Counted from the first letter of the stretch, positions 22,090-31,652 are shown. The stretch is DNA of 64,000 bases from an uncultured virus (IMG/VR IMGVR_UViG_3300028299_000005) (IMGVR_UViG_3300028299_000005); one strand, 5' to 3'. Notes: a model not told the origin generated them from the letters alone. Program-made: numbers and translations.

Positions 22090-22395
22090 ATGGGTAAATT
22101 TTTTAAAACTGCAAAAACAAAATCAAAATTTCAAATACTACAAGACAATAAAGTACCCCTAACTCCAGAAGAAAGGACTACAGTTTTTGAGCGCAAAGCT
22201 GTTTGACATTATGGTTTCAGCAAGCATCCAATTACTGGACGTAAAGTTCAGCAGGTATCTGCTATTTGAAAAACCATAAATCCACGAACTAAAGAAGTAA
22301 CATATGTAACAAATACGCACAGAGCTTACAATACCGCACCTACCTTAAAAGGCGCTATTGAGCGTTATCATAAATTTATAAAAGAAACAGCATAA
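22090..22395 (+). CDS. Hypothetical protein (101 aa, two TGA=Trp)
   Basis: MGKFFKTA start; TAATG coupling to the next gene; absent from the ORF track. Confidence 0.75.
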
Positions 22396-22883
22396 TGGGT
22401 AAATTTTTTAAATTAGCAGTTGGGCCTGCTACAATGACTACAGAGCTTGGTCCGGGTATAGCCGCAAAGTATATTCAAGCAAAGGAATTATTAAAATTAG
22501 AAAAATCTTCGCCACAAGGAAAAGCTGAGTTAGCACAAGTTCCTTCTAAATGGAGACAGAAAGGAATTTTACTTACAAGTCCTATGAAGATACCTGATAT
22601 GCCAAATGCATCTGGTAAAGATTTAGCTAGGTCACTAAAACGGCATGAGCTAACACACTACATTCGTAGCCAAAAAGGTAAGCTAGATCATATAGGAAAA
22701 CCCTCTATTAAAGGAGTATTGCACTCTGTCAGAGAAGAAGTAGCGGCCTATCGTGGACAAACAAGCCGACTTAATGTTCCTAGGACAGCTAAATTAAAAG
22801 GAACTGCTGTTGGAGTTATTGGATCTGTTAAAGCTTTATATCCTAAAGGTGTTTTAAAAACTATTATACGCAAAGGAAAATAA
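22395..22883 (+). CDS. Basic HExxH protein, paralog of 21605-22087
   Basis: MGKFFKLAVGP; RHELTHYIR...EEVAA; YPKG...KGK end shared with the paralog. Confidence 0.8.
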   Translation: MGKFFKLAVGPATMTTELGPGIAAKYIQAKELLKLEKSSPQGKAELAQVPSKWRQKGILLTSPMKIPDMPNASGKDLARSLKRHELTHYIRSQKGKLDHIGKPSIKGVLHSVREEVAAYRGQTSRLNVPRTAKLKGTAVGVIGSVKALYPKGVLKTIIRKGK

Positions 22884-23384
22884 ATGTTTTTTTATAAGAC
22901 AGATAGCTATATTATAGTTGAGCGTCGTCATGAAATAAACGCCGAAGTTATGGACGGGCGCTTAGAATTACTTCATGATAATGAAGATGTCTATATTGTA
23001 GCACATCATCCAAATAAAAAATGATCTTATAATATAGGATGAACAGAAGAAGGTCCTTTATTTGAACTATGACCAAGAATAACTGCTTTAGGACATAAAC
23101 AAAAAATTGATCAACCCCATTTATATTATGAAGCAGTACCAAAACGTTTTTATAAAGCTTATCAAGAACTTTTTAAATTTCAGGATTTGCAAATAAATCA
23201 TGAACCTGACGAACAAAAGAAACCGATTGCAGATCCTAAACCAAATATAGTAGATTTAAGTAGCAAGACGCCACAGAATATAATTGTTAAAAAACAGTCT
23301 TCAGAAACTAGTGGACCTAGATTACAATATCCTAATGAAAAAGCCGTATATAGGTATCGACCACCAAATCAAAAAAATTCTTAA
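22884..23384 (+). CDS. Hypothetical protein (166 aa, three TGA=Trp)
   Basis: ATG abuts the previous TAA; open to TAA 23384 with TGA read through. Confidence 0.65.
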
Positions 23385-23387
23385 GTT

Positions 23388-23421
23388 AAAAAAAATGCGC
23401 CGACTGAGAGGCGCATTTTTT
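23388..23421. terminator. Bidirectional intrinsic terminator at the convergent strand switch
   Basis: A-run, ATGCGCC-GACTGAGA-GGCGCAT, T-run. Confidence 0.8.
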
Positions 23422-23422
23422 A

Positions 23423-24250
23423 TTACAACAATCTACTTACCAACTCAGCAAGCATTAAGGGATCTACTCCAGAGTCTGCAGCTTTTGGCGCTTTCCAGGA
23501 ACCCCAACAGACTAAAAAACCTGCAGGGTGGCAAAACCAACTTGGGAAGAACTCTTTAAGTCCATCACCCAGATTTACATTGCACATATTGCTCCTAACG
23601 ACGCCAATATTATAATCTCTAGTATATATAATAACCTTTGCTCCCTGACCAAACAAAACTCTTGTTGTTTGTGGGTATTTTTGATTACGCATTATTGCAA
23701 TCGGAAAACCTTCATACCATTCAGCATTCTTTGCTTCCCGTCTTGCTAATATATACATATTGTATGATTGTTGTATTCCATAAATTATACTATACCATTT
23801 TTGTAATAATGCAAAGTCATTATCACGATCGATATTTTTTAATGCATAAAATACAGTTAAAATTGTTGGTAATCCAGACACTTCTTGTGAAAAATTTACA
23901 TCTGGGTATGCTCGTCTCCAATCGCCAGTCGAATCTTGAGCATCTATAAAAATTTCCAAATTTTTAAAAGCTTTTTTGTGAGACGGCGAACCAAGTTTTT
24001 GTAGTATACTAGAAAAAGCACTTAATATTATTGCATTTCCGTTTGAATCTATTTTAGATTCACCTTTAATGCCAGAAAACATATCTACTATCAATATGTC
24101 TTGTAAGTCTTCTGGATTGTTCCAATCCGCTTCCATAAAATGAATATTTTTCATGGGGATGTCATATAGCATACACAAAAAACTCACTGTTGATGCGTTG
24201 TCCAAATCAAGACTTTTATGCGTGTAAATATGTGTTTCTGAGTTATACAT
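23423..24250 (-). CDS. MYG1/DHH-like phosphoesterase
   Basis: N-terminal YTHKSLDLD, central IDAQD and C-terminal WFCHPAGFL resemble MYG1/DHH motifs. Confidence 0.5.
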   Translation of the reverse strand: MYNSETHIYTHKSLDLDNASTVSFLCMLYDIPMKNIHFMEADWNNPEDLQDILIVDMFSGIKGESKIDSNGNAIILSAFSSILQKLGSPSHKKAFKNLEIFIDAQDSTGDWRRAYPDVNFSQEVSGLPTILTVFYALKNIDRDNDFALLQKWYSIIYGIQQSYNMYILARREAKNAEWYEGFPIAIMRNQKYPQTTRVLFGQGAKVIIYTRDYNIGVVRSNMCNVNLGDGLKEFFPSWFCHPAGFLVCWGSWKAPKAADSGVDPLMLAELVSRLL

Positions 24251-24251
24251 T

Positions 24252-25791
24252 TTAATTCCTTATTAATTGTTTTTCAAGATCTTTTTCAAATAAACTAATT
24301 ATTTCATCTTTATCTGCTTCTGATAACTGCTTATAAATATTTAACGTGGGCCTTAAAAAAGCAGATATTTGTTTTATAAATGATAACTTACCATGCTTAA
24401 AAAAATCAGTTTCTGTTAAGTAACTTTCAGCTTGTTCTAACAAAGCTTTGCCTATTGCAAAATTATTTTCTGAAGACATTATACTATTATTCTTTGAAAA
24501 CAAATTTCATCTGGCTTTTTTGTGGTCTGATCCATCAATTTCCAAGCAGCTATGAATGCAAACTTCCATCCTTGTTTGCCTAAAGTATCTAACATAGTGA
24601 CTTTAAAACTTTTGTCCATAGGTAATCTTTTCCACTCATACTTGCATTTTCCAATTTCCTCTTCAAGAATTTCTTTTACAGTACGCTCTCGTCCGTCCTT
24701 TTCGCTAAGAATTCGAACTTCTTTTATAACTGGCTTTTCAATAAATTTTTCAACAGTTGTTTGTCGCGTTTTAAACACTGTTTTTACTACACCATCATCC
24801 GAAATATCTACATTATCCAAAATCTCTGTTTCATACGGCGTTTTAGACGTAATAACTTCTTTTAAAACAGTTGTTGAAACTTTATTAAGTTTTTTTTTAT
24901 CTTCTATAGTAACACCACGACGTTTCTCTGTAACAGAAAGATTTGCTTCAATCTCTGCTTGTGTTCTGCGTAGCCGTGTAGGAATTTCTTGCTTTATTAA
25001 ATTTTTACGTTTTTGTGTTTCATTTTTTATTTCTTCTTGCTGTTGTTGCCAGTCCTCAAGTTTTTTACCTTGTTTTTTTAATTCAACTGGGAAACCAGCT
25101 TTTATTTCAGCTTGGGTCCTACGTATTTTGCTCATTTAATGTAATGATTAGTGGTATGTCCATATTTAAATTTCTGGATCTGCAAACTTCTTCCAAAATA
25201 CCAATAGTAACGTTAAAAGGATATTCTCTAATTAAGGCTTCAAACCATTGTATAATTGATGTATATGTCAATATTATTCGCACTGCCTCTATTTGATTTT
25301 CTTCTCTTGTAATATGATTACGAGCTTCATAATGATGCCCAAGAATTTGATATAAATGTGTTCTAGATGGAACACCCCATTTCTTTAAATGCGTATACAA
25401 AAAATCTCTTTGTGTGACGCGTAGAATAAAAAATAAAGCTTCAATTTGTTCATCTGAAGTTAAATCCGGAAATTTTTGAAATGCAAGATGTCTATTAGAT
25501 CTCCATAAATTTCTGCGCCTTTCATAGTCAATATTTATCATATTATTTTTCATCTCGTATTGTTAATAAACGTTTCAAAGCATCATCTTCCTGTTCTTGT
25601 TCAACTTCTTCTAAAAATATCTTTGCATTTAGCATTAAAGCCTCTTGAGCAATATCTTGATAGTGCTTAGTAAATTTGTCAGGATCAACATCAAGTGGAT
25701 TACTTTTAATAAAAGGCTTTAAACCATCAACCACTTCTTGTTTAAAAGTCATATAGGGATCAACAGTCTGCTTTTTTTTCTTGATTGTCAT
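24252..25791 (-). other. Four coupled hypothetical CDS (24252-24503, 24479-25135, 25119-25553, 25543-25791)
   Basis: Overlapping same-strand ORFs; 24479-25135 has a duplicated RRTQAEI motif. Confidence 0.6.
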
Positions 25792-25843
25792 ATTATGTCT
25801 TTATAAAAAGACGTCATGGATAAAGCCATTTGTCTTTGATGTA

Positions 25844-26098
25844 TTATTGAATTATTTCGTCGGACGCAGGAGATTCAATAATCTCTACGTCTGTTGCTTG
25901 TATGCCTTTTTCAGTAGGCGTTTCAATAAAAGAAATTTTTTGATCTTTCCGTAATTTACGATAACCTTCTTGTTTTAGTTCGGTAAAATGGACAAAGATC
26001 TGTCCTTTACTTTCATCTTCAGTTGTTGCAAAACCATATCCAAGTGCTGGATTAAACCATGCAACTGTTCCTATAGAACGTACTGCTTTTGTTGTCAT
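25844..26098 (-). CDS. Cold-shock domain protein
   Basis: GTVAWFN...GYGF...IFVHF...KGIQATDV. Confidence 0.9.
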   Translation of the reverse strand: MTTKAVRSIGTVAWFNPALGYGFATTEDESKGQIFVHFTELKQEGYRKLRKDQKISFIETPTEKGIQATDVEIIESPASDEIIQ

Positions 26099-26174
26099 AC
26101 TTTTTGTTTCCTATTTATATTGTTTAATACATATACTTCTATATGTGTGGAGTAGCGCGGCTGAATTATTTTAC

Positions 26175-26203
26175 TTGACAGCTCCACACAAATTCCTTAT
26201 ATT
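26175..26203 (+). promoter_or_regulatory. sigma70-type promoter for the HNH gene
   Basis: TTGACA-17 nt-TATATT, ATG 5 nt downstream. Confidence 0.7.
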
Positions 26204-26208
26204 GAATT

Positions 26209-26703
26209 ATGAATAATAAAAATACAATTCCAAGAACTTGTATAGAATGTCAAAGAGATTTTTTAGCGGATCCTCGTGAAGTAAATAGAGGCAATGCTTT
26301 ATTTTGTAGTTTATCCTGTGCAGCTTTTCATAATAATAGAGTTAGACTACTTTCTTATAAAACCCTTTCTAAAAATTGTCCACAATGCGGCAAAACATTT
26401 AAGACTAAACTTCCAGAAAAAATTTATTGCTCTATGCATTGTAGGCAGCAATTTTATTATAAACGTAACTCCCACAAAGGATACCCACAAGAACTAAAAA
26501 ACCTTCCTTGTGAAGTTTGCGGATGGCACGAATCCACGATTGACCATCATCATATTATTTCCCCGCGTAAGGAAGGACCTAAAACACTAGATAATCTAGT
26601 AGTGGTTTGCCCAAACTGCCATCGTAAAATTCACAAAAACCTGATTTCTCAGGACGATCTATATAAAATCGTTAATTCACGGACTATTTCATCATCTGCC
26701 TAA
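26209..26703 (+). CDS. HNH homing endonuclease, antisense within the tmRNA intron
   Basis: Zn-finger repeats; CEVCG...DHHHI...NLVVVCPNCH. Confidence 0.9.
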   Translation: MNNKNTIPRTCIECQRDFLADPREVNRGNALFCSLSCAAFHNNRVRLLSYKTLSKNCPQCGKTFKTKLPEKIYCSMHCRQQFYYKRNSHKGYPQELKNLPCEVCGWHESTIDHHHIISPRKEGPKTLDNLVVVCPNCHRKIHKNLISQDDLYKIVNSRTISSSA

Positions 26704-27271
26704 ACAGAGCTGGACGCTCTAGCTGGTTATTAAGGGAGCTATATCCCTCCAGTAGTCTCTGAACCTTCCCAAAGTGTACCTTGGGCTTGGCTGCAGATTA
26801 GCATATGCGTTAGCACTTAGCCTTCCTGCAATTCATCCAGTTTTTTCACTTGAGTTCACACCCAAGGCGATCCCAGTATTGAATCGAACCGCGGTCCGAA
26901 ATAATTTCCAATGAAACCTTAGTTACAAGTTTTAGCTTCTTTTTCTTCTCATAATAAAACATGAAGAAACAAACACGTTTTTATTATGTCCAAGTTCTTT
27001 TTTAGCGAGGAACTTAAAAGAATACTCGCCTTGCCTATTGGTTAGACTGAATAGACACAATCAAGTTCTGTTGTTTCTTGGTGAACTTTACCGCACAAAC
27101 TAACTACACGTAAGCGAAATTAGAATGACCTACTTGCCCTTGAGCAAGTAAGTGAGTTGGCACTGTTTTGCCATTTATGTGTTTTTGGATATGTTTTACG
27201 AGAGAAATCCATTTCTCGACTTGTAGTTTGACCTTCTTTTATCCCGTCGAAACCATTTCTACCCCATATTT

Positions 27272-27529
27272 TTATTTGTCAAAAGTCCACCAATTATAAT
27301 TATATAATAATGCACTTCTGGCGCCATCTGCAAAATTTACAGGTTCGTGCTGAATACTTTTTTTTATTACATAATCTCTTTCAGGACTGGAACTATAATA
27401 AATAGCATACCCAGCTTTTTTTGCCAATTGTTTTCCTAACTCTACTTCTTCTGTAGTTAGATACCAGTTTTGTGTTATATGTGCACAGCTTGTAAGTATT
27501 AAAATACTTAGTATTAGAATAATTTTCAT
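27272..27529 (-). CDS. Small putative lipoprotein
   Basis: Hydrophobic N-terminus with lipobox LTSC. Confidence 0.6.
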   Translation of the reverse strand: MKIILILSILILTSCAHITQNWYLTTEEVELGKQLAKKAGYAIYYSSSPERDYVIKKSIQHEPVNFADGARSALLYNYNWWTFDK

Positions 27530-27647
27530 CTGAAGTTCTCCTTTACTAAGTTCTTATACCAAATTAACTAAACTACTTTTCAACCACTCGCTCCCCATCC
27601 AGGATAATTACTGGCCACAGCCTTGTCCGTTGTATAGTCTAAGTTTT

Positions 27648-27726
27648 AAATTCTATGGAAAGTAAAATCGCTAGTTTTTTTTATCAGTAAAAGTTAGAAG
27701 GAAGCAATTTAATAGCCTTAGAATTT
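27648..27726 (-). ncRNA. GGCUAU/UCCUUCUA motif RNA, copy 1
   Basis: AAATTCTA-AGGCTAT-..ATTGCT-TCCTTCTA-..-TAGCGAT-..TTTCC-A-TAGAATTT. Confidence 0.7.
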
Positions 27727-27737
27727 ATTTAAATTTT

Positions 27738-27834
27738 ACAGAATTTCATGGAAATCACTATCACTAGTATTTAGAGTAGCCTTTCGGCCGCATTATTTTA
27801 GAAGGAAGTAATTAATATAGCCTTGTAATTCTGT
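27738..27834 (-). ncRNA. GGCUAU/UCCUUCUA motif RNA, copy 2
   Basis: ACAGAATT-..GGCTAT-..ATTACT-TCCTTCTA-..GGCC-GAAA-GGCT..-TAGTGAT-..TTTCC-..AATTCTGT. Confidence 0.75.
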
Positions 27835-27870
27835 GTGAACAGTGGGACGCATGGCGCCCCTACTGTTCAC
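27835..27870. other. Strong hairpin between the TerD-domain gene stop and the RNA copies
   Basis: GTGAACAGTGGG...CCTACTGTTCAC; no long U-tract on the minus strand. Confidence 0.6.
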
Positions 27871-27876
27871 TTATCC

Positions 27877-29955
27877 TTATAAAAAATCAGCCGTAATCTT
27901 TTCTATATCGTAAGGTGTAATACCTTCCGTTAAAGAAAATATATTTTCTGCTTCAGCCGGATCAGCTAATAAGGTACCCCGAGCTTCTCCATGTAAAGTA
28001 AATAAATCGTATAAAGTCGGCTTTTCTAAATCTGTTAACGCCTGAGCAATAGCAATAGTTCCACCCTTAGTATTTTCAACATGTCCATACATGTAATTCT
28101 TTCCGCCCATAAACATGTCACTATAAATTGCAGTTAGCTCTTGTAGATCAAAAATTAAAGGCATCATCGCCCGCGCATCTTGATTTAGATGAAACTTGTG
28201 TGTTACCGTTCGTGGCTCATAAATTTCTCCAGAAGCAGTTTCGGTTCTCATCATGGCGCCTGCGAAACATACCGGTATTTCACTGAATGTTTGTCCTGTG
28301 AAGGAGTAAACATTCATTAATACATATCGCATATCTGCATTTAGAGCAGCCTGAATATTGATATCAATGAATTCTGAAGCTCCGTTACGTCCAGCATCTA
28401 TTATGTCTCCACTATGGCTTGCTTGTAAACCAGCATTACATAAACGAGTCCAGGAAATATGCTCTGATTTAGTCCAATCTTCATTGTAATAAACTGCTGA
28501 TAGATCTATATCAACACGTCCGGTTCTATCGTTTTGTTCCCACCATAAGAATAATCGAATAACGACACCAGGATCCAGTGGAACACGAGAACCACGAGGT
28601 AAAACTTTTAAAGATTTTCCTACCGCACGCATTGCAAATGGTATTGGAAACCCTCTTAACACAGGATCTACATATACCAATCCAAGACTGTCACGTTTAT
28701 TAAATTGCGTTCTAAGTGCTATTTGACATGTAGATACTGCTTTTTTACATGTGGCGACACTCAAAGGCTTTAATTCATTTTCGACAACCTGAATTTTTGC
28801 TATATTGCCTTTTGGTAAAAAGGCACGTATTTTTGAATCAGGACGACCTCTAAAATGTGCTACAAGTTGTAGCAATACTTGTACAGAAACATGCTCAGCT
28901 ACATCAGCGAAATTATCCAAAATCTTAGTTTGTCCTTTCGGAAATGTACGAAGCATCCAATCAAGTCTGCGAGCGTATTCCCCGGGACGAGTTCTAGCCA
29001 ATTGAATAAGATTATCTAAATCTTTTGTTTGAATAGCTTGTTCAAAACCACCAGCAAAAGTTTTTACATCGAAATTATTTCTAATGGCTTCAAAAGCTTT
29101 ATAGGTCTTGGGATATTGTTTTGCATAATCTCCTGGATGAAGTATTTCCCCAGCGCGCACCCAACGTTCTCTATAACGTAACATATCTTCGACTATGTCG
29201 CCTTTGGCTTCCAATAGAGTTAAGAAAAATTTACGTTCAAAACGTTTAAATGCTTTGAATTTTGTAGGATCTTTTAAAGATACATCTCCACCAGATAAAC
29301 CAACCATTAACCTTAAAACGTCTGTAGCTGTTTTAAAATATTTCTTTATAACAATATCAGATAAAACATTATTGGTTTTGCAAGTAGCCATAAGAAAAGC
29401 GATGTTTTCTTTATTCTCAAGCGTATCTGGTAAATAACCTAAAATCTCTTCTTTATATTGACGAATAAACCAATCAAGATCTTCTTTATCAACTTTAGAA
29501 AGTGCAACTTTTGATGATAACAGATCAGAAAAAATTTGTTTAAATTCTTCAACAGTACCTAAATTAATAACTTTAGGTTTTGGAAAGTTTTGTAATAATG
29601 CACGAACTTCTTTTGTATATTGAGGTAACTTGCCTGTCAAATAATGTATTAAGGCATTAAAATACAATTCGGCTGGATGTGCTTCCATAACTTGCGTTGG
29701 GAAGTTAGGATACATAATTGTATAATCCTTGTTCCTTCCAACTAATTCTTTTAGCACAGCCAAAACCGTTTTTTGTATTTTAGCCATATCTACTAGCGAA
29801 TAAGTTTTTAAAACGTTTATTGCATCAATTGAAAATGTGTAACCTAATTTATGCATATCAACCAAAAAACTAGCTAATACTTCTGTACTATTAAATCCAT
29901 TTTTTGCTTCTAATATAATTTTTTCTTTACGACGAATAAAAAGATTATTTCTCAA
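27877..29955 (-). CDS. Large helical protein with a C-terminal TerD-like domain (possible Ro60/TROVE analog)
   Basis: C-terminal RLFLWW...RVDIDLSA...HSGDI...ASEFIDI (TerD-like); N-terminal helical region with MYPNFP, TATDVLR, RPGEYARRLD. Confidence 0.7.
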   Translation of the reverse strand: MRNNLFIRRKEKIILEAKNGFNSTEVLASFLVDMHKLGYTFSIDAINVLKTYSLVDMAKIQKTVLAVLKELVGRNKDYTIMYPNFPTQVMEAHPAELYFNALIHYLTGKLPQYTKEVRALLQNFPKPKVINLGTVEEFKQIFSDLLSSKVALSKVDKEDLDWFIRQYKEEILGYLPDTLENKENIAFLMATCKTNNVLSDIVIKKYFKTATDVLRLMVGLSGGDVSLKDPTKFKAFKRFERKFFLTLLEAKGDIVEDMLRYRERWVRAGEILHPGDYAKQYPKTYKAFEAIRNNFDVKTFAGGFEQAIQTKDLDNLIQLARTRPGEYARRLDWMLRTFPKGQTKILDNFADVAEHVSVQVLLQLVAHFRGRPDSKIRAFLPKGNIAKIQVVENELKPLSVATCKKAVSTCQIALRTQFNKRDSLGLVYVDPVLRGFPIPFAMRAVGKSLKVLPRGSRVPLDPGVVIRLFLWWEQNDRTGRVDIDLSAVYYNEDWTKSEHISWTRLCNAGLQASHSGDIIDAGRNGASEFIDINIQAALNADMRYVLMNVYSFTGQTFSEIPVCFAGAMMRTETASGEIYEPRTVTHKFHLNQDARAMMPLIFDLQELTAIYSDMFMGGKNYMYGHVENTKGGTIAIAQALTDLEKPTLYDLFTLHGEARGTLLADPAEAENIFSLTEGITPYDIEKITADFL

Positions 29956-30033
29956 AATATTTCTCCTTTTTTTAAATTAATAGTTGTTAACAACATTCTT
30001 ATACCAAATTTTGCTAAAGTGTGACAAACAAAT

Positions 30034-30830
30034 TTGCAAGACAGACAATTCTAACCATGTGGATTTCTAACTGCAACGCTAGTAAAATTGCAAACAAATG
30101 AATGTCTTCTGTCTTGCAATATTTTAAGCAGGCATTGGATGCAATATTAGTGTGTTATTCTCTTATCTTCCATGATAAGTCCTTCACATTTATAGCCACT
30201 CATATCAGGTTTCCAAACCACTGCTTAAATAGGTAAATAATAGTACCCGGTTCTATATGTCCCCTAGCTTTTCATCGCATATTGAGGTACAGAGGTCCAA
30301 GCCGGTTTTATACTTATAGGACACCTTTAACTATTATTTAATAATTACAAAATTATAGAAATCATTATCACTATTTTTAGAGTTGCTCTACCACTGAGCT
30401 ACACACCACAGGTACGGGCGTGACTGGATTCGAACCAGTGACCAACTCTTCAGTATTTTAGAAGGAAGTAATTAACATAGCCATATATTTTGTTTAAATT
30501 TTTGTAGGACAAACAAGTGCTTTCCATTTTAGAATATTTCTGTATGTGACCATATGAGCGCTAACTCATCATATACAGCCTCTTTTAGGGGCTTTATCAG
30601 ATAGATGTGTACCTTTCTGCGTTTACCCTCTTCGGTCTCTTGCCAGGCGGACTAAACCTTAGCTCAGGAAAACCTACCAGATGTTTGGTCTCTTATTATA
30701 ATATTAAATATATTACTTTAGTTTGCCCTACAATTTTTTGGGTTGGTGTTTGTGTACTAGTGTTGCGGCGTGCTCTCGCTCCCAATTGAGAGTGGCGATC
30801 GCGTCAATGCTATATCAATGCATCAACCCA
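30034..30830 (-). ncRNA. Tandem array of stem-closed small RNAs
   Basis: Successive terminal inverted repeats at 30034-30119, 30123-30229, 30234-30340, 30347-30493, ~30501-30733 and 30739-30830; no credible ORF. Confidence 0.55.
30347..30493 (-). ncRNA. GGCUAU/UCCUUCUA motif RNA, copy 3, with a permuted tRNA-like domain (YrlA-like)
   Basis: Same frame as copies 1-2 with a T arm (ACTGGTTCGAATCCAGT) placed before an acceptor-like hairpin and a D arm (TAGCTCAGTGGTAGAGC). Confidence 0.8.
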
Positions 30831-30831
30831 T

Positions 30832-30905
30832 TGAAGCCCCGATAGGAATCAAACCTATACCACTAAGTCCAAGGCCTAGTGTGCTATCATTATACTACGG
30901 AGCCA
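30832..30905 (-). tRNA. tRNA-Gln(TTG)
   Basis: Cloverleaf; loop CC-TTG-GA. Confidence 0.85.
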
Positions 30906-30912
30906 TATTTTT

Positions 30913-30985
30913 GCAGCTCTGGTAGGAGTCAAACCTACGCCATCAGATCCAGAGTCCGATGTCATATCACTAGACTACAGAGCTA
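30913..30985 (-). tRNA. tRNA-Gln(CTG)
   Basis: Cloverleaf; loop CT-CTG-GA. Confidence 0.85.
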
Positions 30986-30993
30986 ATTATATA

Positions 30994-31063
30994 GTGGCGG
31001 TAGAGAGTCTTGATCTCTCGAACAGGGGCGTATGAAGCCCCGTTTACTTCCCAGCTTACCGCC
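30994..31063 (-). tRNA. tRNA-Met(CAT), reduced D arm
   Basis: GGGGC-TTCATAC-GCCCC anticodon arm. Confidence 0.7.
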
Positions 31064-31068
31064 AAACT

Positions 31069-31425
31069 TTAGAAATTAAAATAAGGTTTTCTAATGGATC
31101 CTGGCAACATATTTTTTATGTTTTCTGCGCCTACAGGATTTAAAGAATGTATCACTATTTCAGCTGAAGTGCCATCTACTCCTTTAGATTGAAGGTATTT
31201 AGCAAATTGTGATCCAGTGTTTAAGTGCGCTATGCTCACCATTACTTTGCCACCAAGATCATGATCTAAATAGTATTTATCAAAGGGTGCTTCTTTTTCA
31301 TGTAGTGCAATAGCTTCATTTATCTCTTCAGCAAAATAAAGTTCTGCATCCGGATACTGCTTAGCTAACTTTTCTTTAAAACCTCTAATTCTATATATAT
31401 TGTCTTCTAGTATAAATATTTTCAT
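31069..31425 (-). CDS. Cyclic-phosphate-processing receiver-domain protein
   Basis: IFILED...YLDHDLG...TG...IHSLNPVG. Confidence 0.75.
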   Translation of the reverse strand: MKIFILEDNIYRIRGFKEKLAKQYPDAELYFAEEINEAIALHEKEAPFDKYYLDHDLGGKVMVSIAHLNTGSQFAKYLQSKGVDGTSAEIVIHSLNPVGAENIKNMLPGSIRKPYFNF

Positions 31426-31444
31426 ATTGTTTCCTTTTTTAGAT

Positions 31445-31519
31445 TGAGCCAATGAAGGGCTACGATCCCTTGACTTCTAGTTTACCGAACTAGTACTCTA
31501 CCACCTGAGTTACATTGGC
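31445..31519 (-). tRNA. tRNA-Thr(GGT)
   Basis: CTAGT-TCGGTAA-ACTAG. Confidence 0.85.
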
Positions 31520-31525
31520 AAATCT

Positions 31526-31652
31526 GGAGGTGTATTGACCATTATTACGACCTGGAGCCGAAGCCCCAGGATGGGAGTCGAACCCATATTTCCTCGCTTG
31601 AAGGTGTTCTACCATTAAACTAGTCGTGGGATTTGAACCCAGATTTCCTTCC
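31526..31652 (-). ncRNA. Double tRNA-elbow mimic RNA
   Basis: Two T arms (TGGGTTCAAATCCCA, TGGGTTCGACTCCCA), two D-arm-like segments and a UUCG hairpin. Confidence 0.6.

Larger units (their letters stand above)
26161..26881 (-). mobile_element. Group I intron in the tmRNA T-loop
   Basis: P AATTGCAGGAA, Q AATCTGCAGC, R GTTCAGAGACTA, S GAAATAGTCC; U before and G at the end of the intron. Confidence 0.9.
26146..27265 (-). ncRNA. ssrA: tmRNA interrupted by a group I intron; tag (A)GKTVPTHLLAQGQVGHSNFAYV at 27104-27172
   Basis: 5' GGGGTAGAAATGGTTTCGAC; 3' GGACCGCGGTTCGATT|CCGCGCTACTCCA; acceptor stem with G3-U pair; TAAAT before the resume codon. Confidence 0.9.

Noticed and set aside
8005..23384. 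TGA=Gly (code 25) or selenocysteine
   Set aside because: Internal paralog and intein comparisons align TGA with TGG.
24552..25139. 195-aa plus-strand ORF
   Set aside because: Fully antisense to 24479-25135 with shadow-like composition.
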